This document shows, in pieces, positions 18,914 through 26,347 of a DNA stretch of 64,000 bases. Location: NCBI GenBank assembly GCA_947629685.1, contig CANREP010000001.1:113958-177957 (forward strand), read 5' to 3'. The translations under genes were made by a program, and so were the position numbers. The notes below the pieces were generated by a model. The model was not told where the DNA came from. It did no database searches and saw only the letters and a list, made by a program, of their open reading frames with translations. This DNA is from an uncultured Phascolarctobacterium sp. Its GTDB lineage: Bacteria > Bacillota > Negativicutes > Acidaminococcales > Acidaminococcaceae. The number at the start of each line of letters is the position of its first letter. Position 1 is the first letter of the stretch.

Positions 18914-20438
18914 GATTAACACCCTCCTTATGTTGTTCCTTCATTGTTCCGTACATTTCAAAATTAGCCTGCATATCGAATGCATGTCGCAAATCTACCG
19001 GCATATGGCCGCTTTTTCTCTGCGCTATCCGCAGATATTCATACAGCTGATCCTTAAAATCAGGATGCGCACATTTTTCGATAATCAGTTTAGCGCGTTT
19101 CACCGGGGTCAAACCGCGCACATCGGCAACGCCCTGCTCGGTAATAAAGACCATGGTATCGTGTTCCGTATGGTCCGCATGGGTTACCATTGGTACTACG
19201 CTGGAAATGCTGCCGCCCTTGGCTGTCGACGGAGTAGAGAAAATCGTCAGATAGCCGTTGCGCATATAGTCGCCGCTGCCGCCGATACCATTCATCATAC
19301 TGCGTCCCAGGACATGGGTGGAATTAGCCTGCCCGTAAATATCAAATTCCAGCGGCGTATTCATGGAGATAACACCCAGCCTTCTGATAACTTCGGGGCT
19401 GTTGCTGATATCCAGCGGGCGCAGGACAATGCTCTTGTTATACAGCTGCGGGTCTTCCTTATACATCTTCCATACTTTAGGAGAAGGAGTAAAAGCACAC
19501 CCGGAAGCCTGTTTGATCTTACCCATCTTAATCAGGCTGAAAACGGCGTCCTGCAGGATTTCCGAATACATCTCCAGATTTTCAAACTTGGATTTAGACA
19601 GTCCCAACAATACTGCGTTGGCAATACTGCCTACCCCGGACTGCATGGGGAGCATTTTCTCAGGCAATCTGCCGTGCCGCTGTTCATGTTCCAGAAAATC
19701 TACCAGGTGTTCGGCAATCTTGATGCTGTCTGCATCAGGGTCGCACAAATTACGCACATGATCCAAAATATCGGACTCTACGATGCAGTCAATTCTGTCC
19801 AGCCCGCATTCCAGATAAGGGGAACCAATCCTGTCCCCTACGCTGTAAATGGGTATTTCCGACCGACAGGGCGGTTTAGCACAGATATAGATATCATGCA
19901 TACCTTCCAGTGAAAGCGGGATACTGGTGTTGACCTCTACAATCACCTTTTTGGCATGTTTTACCAGCATGGGGATATTACCAATCCCCGGGCCTAAGAC
20001 GATACTGCCGTCAGCATTGATAGCGGCAGCTTCCACGATAGCCACATCCACATTGCCGAAGAACCCGTAATCAATCTGCTGAGCAAAATGGCTCAGATGC
20101 TGATCGATATATTCGATAGTACCGTCGTTGATACCAGCCTTCATACTTTTGTTGGCAGCAGAATAATAAGGCATCCTGCCGCGTACACCGCCCACATTGG
20201 CAAGTTCTTCTTCAATCTCAGGTCCTACGGAAGCACCGCTCCAGATATTGATACTGCATTTCTTTCCGGCCTTGATAGCTCTGGCCAAGGCCATCGTAGT
20301 CATCTTTGGATAACCGGAAGGCGTAAAGCCGCTGACGCCTACGTTCATACCGTCGGTAATGAGTTCCGCCGCCTTATCGGCGCTGACAACTTTTTCAAAA
20401 AGACAGGGAGCACGTAATCTTGTAGCATCTAACATCAT
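18903..20438 (-). CDS. acetyl-CoA hydrolase/transferase family protein (succinate/propionate CoA-transferase, Cat1/ScpC-like)
   Basis: 511 aa, [13 protein letters not shown]...EVN..........GIGG..D family architecture. It overlaps the mutase start by 11 nt. Confidence 0.8.
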   Translation of the reverse strand: MMLDATRLRAPCLFEKVVSADKAAELITDGMNVGVSGFTPSGYPKMTTMALARAIKAGKKCSINIWSGASVGPEIEEELANVGGVRGRMPYYSAANKSMKAGINDGTIEYIDQHLSHFAQQIDYGFFGNVDVAIVEAAAINADGSIVLGPGIGNIPMLVKHAKKVIVEVNTSIPLSLEGMHDIYICAKPPCRSEIPIYSVGDRIGSPYLECGLDRIDCIVESDILDHVRNLCDPDADSIKIAEHLVDFLEHEQRHGRLPEKMLPMQSGVGSIANAVLLGLSKSKFENLEMYSEILQDAVFSLIKMGKIKQASGCAFTPSPKVWKMYKEDPQLYNKSIVLRPLDISNSPEVIRRLGVISMNTPLEFDIYGQANSTHVLGRSMMNGIGGSGDYMRNGYLTIFSTPSTAKGGSISSVVPMVTHADHTEHDTMVFITEQGVADVRGLTPVKRAKLIIEKCAHPDFKDQLYEYLRIAQRKSGHMPVDLRHAFDMQANFEMYGTMKEQHKEGVNHVE

Positions 20439-20719
20439 AATCCCTCTTTTCTTTAATACATACCTCTGCTATCTTTAGCTTACATCTACAGTCTTATAAT
20501 GTAAAATATCAAAAATATGTTTTAAATATATGTTTTCTTTATAAGTTAAATTAGTTTTCTGCCTGTTTTACCGCTTTCTGACGGGTTTAGCTCTTTTTCA
20601 GAAGTTTTTTGCAATAAAATCCCCAATAATTTATAATAAAAGCAGATCAAACTTATCATTTTTATTTATATGCTTCTTCGTTTACAGATAAAATAATACA
20701 CATTTACGGAGGCGTAATT

Positions 20720-21601
20720 ATGGATATTGAATATTACCGTAATTTTATCGCTATTGTAGACGCAGGCAGCATCTCTGCTGCCGCCAAAAATATTTCTATC
20801 GCCCAGCCCGCCCTGAGCAACCAGCTGAAAACGCTGCAGAAAAAATACGGTACTGCGCTGCTGAACGTCAAACGCGGCGGACACAGCATCGAACTTACAG
20901 ACGCCGGCTGTATGCTGTATAATGCGGCCAGATATATCTGCTCTGCCGAGGCCAGCGTCATGAAAGAAATTTCCGACTGCAACGCAGGTTTTTCCGGCAC
21001 GCTGCGTATCAGCCTTTCTCCTTCCATGTCTATAGGTTTTATCAAAAACTATCTCAGCGCTTTCAGTAAGCAATATCCCCGTATCAATTACGAACTATAC
21101 GAAGTATCCATCGCAGAACTGACGGAACAGCTGCTGAACGGCAAAACGGAAATAGGCGTCGCTAACGCCCCCTTGCTGCAGGAACACCGCTTTGAAACCA
21201 TTTATCGCCGCAAAGAGCAGCTGATGGCACTGTTTCACAAAGACAGTCCCTATCTGGAAAACGAAAAACCCAATATCCTTTTAGACGACCTGGAAGATAT
21301 GCCACTGTGCCTTTCCCGCGGCTGCGCCGACCTCTTTCTCAATATCTGCTCCGACTCGCGCATCTTCCCGCAGGTACTCAGCGTCAATACTACCAAGCTG
21401 TCCACTATGGCCTGGGCCAGTGAAAATGCCGGTATCGCCATTATCCCTGCTTCTTCCGAAGAAATCTTCCCTCCTGAGCTCGTCTGCAAAACTATTAAGG
21501 ACGAAAGGCTGTTTCTTGATAAGACACTTTCTATCGTCAAAAGCAGGCCGCTATCCACAGTCGCTAAACTCTTCCTCAACGATTTCGTCAAACAAATCTG
21601 A
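20720..21601 (+). CDS. LysR-family transcriptional regulator
   Basis: 293 aa with an N-terminal wHTH (FIAIVDAGSISAAAKNISIAQPALSNQLKTLQKKYG), divergent from the CoA operon. Confidence 0.9.
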   Translation: MDIEYYRNFIAIVDAGSISAAAKNISIAQPALSNQLKTLQKKYGTALLNVKRGGHSIELTDAGCMLYNAARYICSAEASVMKEISDCNAGFSGTLRISLSPSMSIGFIKNYLSAFSKQYPRINYELYEVSIAELTEQLLNGKTEIGVANAPLLQEHRFETIYRRKEQLMALFHKDSPYLENEKPNILLDDLEDMPLCLSRGCADLFLNICSDSRIFPQVLSVNTTKLSTMAWASENAGIAIIPASSEEIFPPELVCKTIKDERLFLDKTLSIVKSRPLSTVAKLFLNDFVKQI

Positions 21602-21602
21602 C

Positions 21603-21636
21603 AAAAAGCCCCTGATACTCAGTATCAGGGGCTTTT
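21603..21636. terminator. bidirectional intrinsic terminator
   Basis: AAAAAGCCCCTGATACT/AGTATCAGGGGCTTTT lies between the convergent LysR and hydrogenase-like genes. Confidence 0.8.
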
Positions 21637-21660
21637 GCTTTATCTCAGCTATGTTATGGT

Positions 21661-23115
21661 CTACTTAGTATGTTTATCGTCCACAGCCTGCTGTACAGGC
21701 GCAGCCGCCGCATATTTTGTCAGCGCCACCTTGCTGATCCTGAAATCAGCCACAGCGCCTGGTCCGTCGATACAGCCGTTAGGACAGGCCATCCCTTCAA
21801 AATAACTGCAGTTAAGTGCGCCTTTACTTACCTGCTCCAGATCGCCGCGGCAATTATCCAGTCCGGCAGCGTAATGCGCCTGCTCTACCTGCCCGCCTTT
21901 AGCTTCTACGGTAGCCTTTACTGCCGCCGTAACGCCGGCGTACAGTGGGAAGCCAAGGCCAAGGCTAGAGCCGTCGCGCTCATAATCTTCCGCCGGCTGC
22001 TGCTCAATGCTGATATCCTTGCCTTTAAGCATACAATCAATTTCTTCAAAAGTCATAACATAATCGATAACATCGCTGTACTGCCTGCCTTCGGATTTTT
22101 TAGCGATGCAGGGCCCGATAAACACGGTCAAAACATCGGGATGCAGCTTTTTAACCAGCTCTCCGCAGGAAACCATAGGCGACGGCGTTTCGGAAATCTT
22201 ATCTGCCATTTCCGGCACGTGCTTGCGAATCAGGTTGACAAAAGCCGGACAACAGGAGCTGGTCATAACCTGCTGCTTTGCCGGTACTTTTTCCAGATAT
22301 TCCTCGGCTTCTTTAACGCTGGTGATATCGGCGCCGACGGCAACTTCTACTACATCGGCAAAACCGGCAGCTTTCAGCGCGCTGTAGAACTGTCCGGCCT
22401 CCACTTTGAAGCCGAACTGCCCGGCAGCAGACGGGGCTACCATGGCGATTACCCTTCTGCCTTTCTTGATTTCCATGATGACGCGCACGATATTGCTGCG
22501 TTCATCAATGGCTCCAAAAGGACAGGCGCTGCGGCAGGCGCCGCATTCCACGCATTTTTCATGGTCAATGACGGCCTTTTTATCCTCGTTGACGCTGACT
22601 GCACCTAACGCACAGGCACGCACGCAGGGTCTGCGTATCTCCAGGATGGCTCCGTAGGGGCAGACAGATTTGCAGCGTCCACATTCCACACATTTGGTAC
22701 GGTCGATAAAGGCCCTGTTCTGGTACAGACTGATAGCCTTTTTAGGACAGTTATCCATGCATTTATGCGTAATGCAGTGACGGCAGGCGTCGGTGACGAA
22801 ATAGGTTTCAATCGGACACTGGTCGCAGGCCACCGGCAAAACGTCGATTACCGGCAGGTCTTTCCGCTCCGGCGTATTCAGTGTCAGTTTGGCTGCTTCG
22901 ATAATATTCAGATCGCAGGTCTGTCCCAGCGCCATATTGATACGGTTTTTCAGCACGGCGCGTTCTTTGTAGACACAGCAGCGATATCGCGGCGTATCTT
23001 CACGCACTTCCTGCAAAATATCATATACATGCTCCGGCAGCTGGTCGTTCCACGTATAACGAGCCAAATGCTCCAGCACCATCCTGCGCAGCTGCACTAC
23101 TGCTGTAAGCTCCAT
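21661..23115 (-). CDS. [FeFe]-hydrogenase-family protein (ferredoxin-type 4Fe-4S domains plus H-cluster domain), group-B-like
   Basis: 484 aa. Two CxxCxxCxxxCP ferredoxin motifs (CVECGRCKSVCP, CVECGACRSACP). H-cluster-type motifs TSSCCPAF, GPCIAKKSE and EGMACPNGCIDGPG. SD GGAGGA. Confidence 0.75.
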   Translation of the reverse strand: MELTAVVQLRRMVLEHLARYTWNDQLPEHVYDILQEVREDTPRYRCCVYKERAVLKNRINMALGQTCDLNIIEAAKLTLNTPERKDLPVIDVLPVACDQCPIETYFVTDACRHCITHKCMDNCPKKAISLYQNRAFIDRTKCVECGRCKSVCPYGAILEIRRPCVRACALGAVSVNEDKKAVIDHEKCVECGACRSACPFGAIDERSNIVRVIMEIKKGRRVIAMVAPSAAGQFGFKVEAGQFYSALKAAGFADVVEVAVGADITSVKEAEEYLEKVPAKQQVMTSSCCPAFVNLIRKHVPEMADKISETPSPMVSCGELVKKLHPDVLTVFIGPCIAKKSEGRQYSDVIDYVMTFEEIDCMLKGKDISIEQQPAEDYERDGSSLGLGFPLYAGVTAAVKATVEAKGGQVEQAHYAAGLDNCRGDLEQVSKGALNCSYFEGMACPNGCIDGPGAVADFRISKVALTKYAAAAPVQQAVDDKHTK

Positions 23116-23148
23116 GGTATCTTCCTCCTACAATATCGTTCTGCAGTA

Positions 23149-23823
23149 TCATTCGGCAGCCAGCCGCTTTACGTACTGCTCTATTTCTTCCCACAATTCC
23201 GGCTGTCCGTCCAGCACTGCCCGCAGACGCTGCGGATACTTGCCTTTCTGGCGGTACAGCTCAATAATAAACGCAACTGTCTGCATAACCTGCTCCTGCG
23301 TCAGCGGCACAGCGATATGCCGGCCATGTACCGGACGGCTGCCTGCCAGTCCGCCCACATAAAGCTCAAGGCAGCCCAGTTTGGTAAAGGACGGCATAAT
23401 GCCAACATCCTGCGCCATAGCTTTACCCAGGCTATTGATACAGCCGAAGACACCAAGTTTGAATTTCTTCGGCACCTCCAGCCCATAAAACTTTTTGTCC
23501 AGGCTGCACGCCAAAGCATGTACGTCAAACATCCCCCGGCGGCAGGTTGTGCCTTTGCAGGCCACCACGGCGCGCACTGTAGCGCCCGTACCGCCCAGCC
23601 GTAAACCGGCCTGCCGGACTGCATCCCTTACTGCCTCCAGTTCATCTTCCTTAATTCCTTCCAGTTCCAGCGTGCCTCTGCTGGTAGCCGTAACGCAGCC
23701 CTGACCAAATTGCTGTGCCAGTGTTCCCACTGCCAGCAGCTCCTGAGCAGTAAACTGTCCGCAGCTGCCCAAGAGACGCAGGGCATACAGTCCGTTTTTC
23801 TGTCCTATAATACCAAAAGTCAT
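23149..23823 (-). CDS. small nitrite/sulfite-reductase-like protein (ferredoxin-like half domain plus 4Fe-4S/siroheme-type domain)
   Basis: 224 aa. The N-terminal half resembles NIR_SIR_ferr (LRLLGSCGQFTAQELLAVGTLAQQFG...TSRGTLEL). The second half has ACKGTTCRRG and FGCINSLG, a degenerate version of the CX5C...CX3C motif. Confidence 0.55.
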   Translation of the reverse strand: MTFGIIGQKNGLYALRLLGSCGQFTAQELLAVGTLAQQFGQGCVTATSRGTLELEGIKEDELEAVRDAVRQAGLRLGGTGATVRAVVACKGTTCRRGMFDVHALACSLDKKFYGLEVPKKFKLGVFGCINSLGKAMAQDVGIMPSFTKLGCLELYVGGLAGSRPVHGRHIAVPLTQEQVMQTVAFIIELYRQKGKYPQRLRAVLDGQPELWEEIEQYVKRLAAE

Positions 23824-24023
23824 CTTCTACACTCCGTTCATTTAAAATCAAACAATCAGCATAAAAGTATTCTATACCCATAATATTTTTTCCTGCCCTC
23901 AAGCGCAGATATTTCCTCTGCCTTTACCAAAGACAATGCTCTAACTTTTGGCAATATTTAATTATTTTTGTAATTTTTTCAATTTTTACAATAATAAATC
24001 TTTTGTTTTTGTATCTTTTTCTC

Positions 24024-24052
24024 TTTACAAAACAGCTCTTTGTTTCTATAAT
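24024..24052 (+). promoter_or_regulatory. sigma-70-type promoter of the glnN operon
   Basis: TTTACA (24024-29), 17-nt spacer, TATAAT (24047-52). Confidence 0.55.
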
Positions 24053-24058
24053 GAGCAT

Positions 24059-24120
24059 AAGCAACAACGTGGTTGTTGGATAGCATGACTATCTGAAGCC
24101 GCGTTGTTGCTTTTTGTTTT
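24059..24120 (+). promoter_or_regulatory. 5' leader with mutually exclusive antiterminator and terminator hairpins
   Basis: The 12-bp terminator stem pairs GCAACAACGTGG (24061-72) with CCGCGTTGTTGC (24099-110), followed by TTTTTGTTTT. The alternative hairpin CAACAAC-GTG-GTTGTTG (24062-78) uses the same 5' arm. An inner hairpin is GATAG-CATGA-CTATC (24079-93). Confidence 0.6.
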
Positions 24121-24172
24121 ATTCTGAGGGGAATAAAAACAATACCCAATACAATTCAGGGAGGTTTTTATT

Positions 24173-26260
24173 ATGAAAGACGTACCAAAACTTTTCGGCA
24201 GCCTGGTATTTAACGAGACTATAATGAAAGACCGTCTGCCGACTGCTACCTACAAAGCCTTTAAGGAAGCAGTACAGGAAAACCGTCCGTTGGATCTGGC
24301 TATGGCCAACGTCATCGCCAACGCCATGAAAGACTGGGCGCTGGAACACGGAGCTACCCATTTTTCCCATTGGTTCCAGCCAATGACCGGCATTACCGCC
24401 GAAAAACATGAAAGCTTTATCGCGCCTACCGCAGAAGGCCGCGCCATTATGGATTTTTCCGGCAAAGAACTTATTCAGGGCGAGCCGGACGCCTCCAGTT
24501 TTCCGTCCGGCGGTCTGCGCGCTACTTTTGAAGCACGCGGCTATACTGCCTGGGATCCAACCTCTTATGCCTTCATCAAAGACGACTGCCTGTGTATACC
24601 TACAGCTTTCTGCTCTTACACCGGCGAAGTATTAGATAAAAAAACGCCGCTGCTGCGCTCCATGACTGCTGTCAGCAAAGCAGCCTGCCGCATTCTGAAG
24701 CTGCTGGGCATCACCACGGCCAAAGTAACCAGCACCGTCGGCCCGGAACAGGAATACTTTCTTGTCGATAAAAAAATGTGGGAAAAGCGCAAAGACCTCG
24801 TCTACACCGGCCGCACCCTTTTCGGCGCTAAATCTCCCCGCGGTCAGGAACTGGATGACCATTATTTCGGGATGATTAAGCCTCGCGTCATGGCTTTTAT
24901 GAAAGAGCTGGACGAAGAACTCTGGAAACTGGGCGTGCTGGCAAAGACGGAACATAACGAAGTCGCTCCGGCCCAACACGAACTGGCCCCCATCTTTACC
25001 TCGACCAATGTTGCCGCCGACCATAACCAGCTGACTATGGAATTTATGAAGCGTGTCGCCCTGCGTCACGGACTGGTCTGCCTGCTGCACGAAAAACCCT
25101 TTGCGGGAGTAAACGGCAGCGGCAAACACAACAACTGGTCCTTAAGCACCGCCGAAGGCTTGAACCTGCTTGACCCAGGCAAAGAGCCCTACAAAAACAT
25201 CCGTTTCCTGCTCTTTTTAGCCGCCATCCTAAAAGCCGTAGACGAATATCAGGATCTGCTGCGCATATCAGTCGCCAGCGCCGGCAACGACCACCGTCTG
25301 GGAGCTAACGAAGCGCCTCCTGCTATCGTCTCCGTATTTCTCGGTACAGAGCTTACTGCTATTTTAGAAGCAATAGCCGCCGACAAGCCTTATGACAGTA
25401 TGCCTGTTACCTATATGAAAGTCAGCGATAACACTATTCCGGCCTTAGTCAAAGACAACACCGACAGGAACAGGACTTCTCCCTTTGCCTTCACCGGCAA
25501 TAAGTTTGAATTCCGTATGCCCGGCAGTATGTTCTCCATCTCCGGCCCCAACATCGTCCTGAATACTATCGTAGCAGAAGAACTGGACAACTTTGCTGAC
25601 CGGCTGGAACAGGCCGAGGATATAGAAAACGCAGTTTACAAACTGGTACGCGAAACCTATCTGGCCCATAAACGCATCGTCTTCAATGGCAACGGTTATA
25701 CTGACGCCTGGGTTCAGGAAGCCGCAAAGCGCGGACTGCTCAACCTTAAATCTACGCCGGAAGCCCTGCCGCACCTGACAGACGCAAAAAACATCGCATT
25801 GTTTGAAAAACATAATATCTTTACTGCCGCAGAAGTAGAATCGCGTGTAGAAATCCTGCTGGAAAACTACTGCACCGTCTTAAAGATAGAAGCAGCCACC
25901 ATGCTGGAAATGCTGCATAAAGACATCCTGCCGGCGATAAACGCCTACGTAAGCGACTTAGCCGCCGCTGCTCTTGATAAAAAAGCCGCAGGCATCTCTG
26001 CCGGTTTTGAAACCAAGCTGGCAGAAAAGCTTTCTAACTATAGCAGTGAAATCTATGCAGCCAGCGAAAAACTGACCACAGCCCTGTCAGCGGCCACTGC
26101 CATCCATACCAGCAAAGAAGCCGCCGCTTTCTACCATGACAGCGTCCTGGCAGCCATGGTAGAACTGCGTACAGCGGCAGATAAAGCCGAAGCGCTGCTG
26201 GGAGAAAAATACCTGCCCTATCCCACCTACGGCGAGCTGCTGTTTGGCGTCAACGATTGA
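24173..26260 (+). CDS. glnN: type III glutamine synthetase
   Basis: 695 aa with the N-terminus FGSLVFNETIMKDRLPTATYKAFKEAV and the length typical of GS-III. SD GGGAGG. Confidence 0.85.
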   Translation: MKDVPKLFGSLVFNETIMKDRLPTATYKAFKEAVQENRPLDLAMANVIANAMKDWALEHGATHFSHWFQPMTGITAEKHESFIAPTAEGRAIMDFSGKELIQGEPDASSFPSGGLRATFEARGYTAWDPTSYAFIKDDCLCIPTAFCSYTGEVLDKKTPLLRSMTAVSKAACRILKLLGITTAKVTSTVGPEQEYFLVDKKMWEKRKDLVYTGRTLFGAKSPRGQELDDHYFGMIKPRVMAFMKELDEELWKLGVLAKTEHNEVAPAQHELAPIFTSTNVAADHNQLTMEFMKRVALRHGLVCLLHEKPFAGVNGSGKHNNWSLSTAEGLNLLDPGKEPYKNIRFLLFLAAILKAVDEYQDLLRISVASAGNDHRLGANEAPPAIVSVFLGTELTAILEAIAADKPYDSMPVTYMKVSDNTIPALVKDNTDRNRTSPFAFTGNKFEFRMPGSMFSISGPNIVLNTIVAEELDNFADRLEQAEDIENAVYKLVRETYLAHKRIVFNGNGYTDAWVQEAAKRGLLNLKSTPEALPHLTDAKNIALFEKHNIFTAAEVESRVEILLENYCTVLKIEAATMLEMLHKDILPAINAYVSDLAAAALDKKAAGISAGFETKLAEKLSNYSSEIYAASEKLTTALSAATAIHTSKEAAAFYHDSVLAAMVELRTAADKAEALLGEKYLPYPTYGELLFGVND

Positions 26261-26284
26261 TCAAGAGTTATTTTCCTGCACAAC

Positions 26285-26320
26285 GAGGTGCATCCTTTTG
26301 GGATGTACCTCTCTTTTTTT
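26285..26320 (+). terminator. intrinsic terminator between glnN and amt
   Basis: GAGGTGCATCC-TTTTG-GGATGTACCTC (one G-U pair) followed by TCTTTTTTT. Confidence 0.7.
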
Positions 26321-26347
26321 GCAGTCATTTCCGGGAGGGATTTTCAA

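Noticed and set aside
17279-18919. Very long antisense ORFs cover whole genes. Examples are 546 aa opposite the mutase gene, 386 aa at 3022..4182 opposite mnaA, 426 aa at 52037..53317 opposite the M20 hydrolase, 356 aa at 15967..17037, 293 aa at 38804..39685 and 279 aa at 22765..23604.
   Set aside because: Their translations are Cys/His/Phe/Arg-rich, low-complexity and match no family motif. They lack SD sequences and lie exactly in the codon-complement frame of strongly supported genes. Such frames stay open when the sense gene avoids TTA, CTA and TCA codons. I treat them as shadow ORFs.
20515-20536. Direct repeat ATATGTTTT x2 (13-bp period) in the LysR/CoA-operon divergent region, as a possible LysR T-N11-A site.
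   Set aside because: The repeat is short and AT-rich in a very AT-rich region, so it is indistinguishable from chance. No clear T-N11-A dyad could be defined.
24059-24120. ANTAR-type dual-hairpin target, glutamine riboswitch, or GlnR/TnrA box as the explanation for the glnN leader.
   Set aside because: The hairpin loops are 3 and 5 nt, not AxxGxx hexaloops. I see no match to the glnA RNA motif as I recall it. No TGTNAN7TNACA site overlaps the promoter. The class is left open in the finding.
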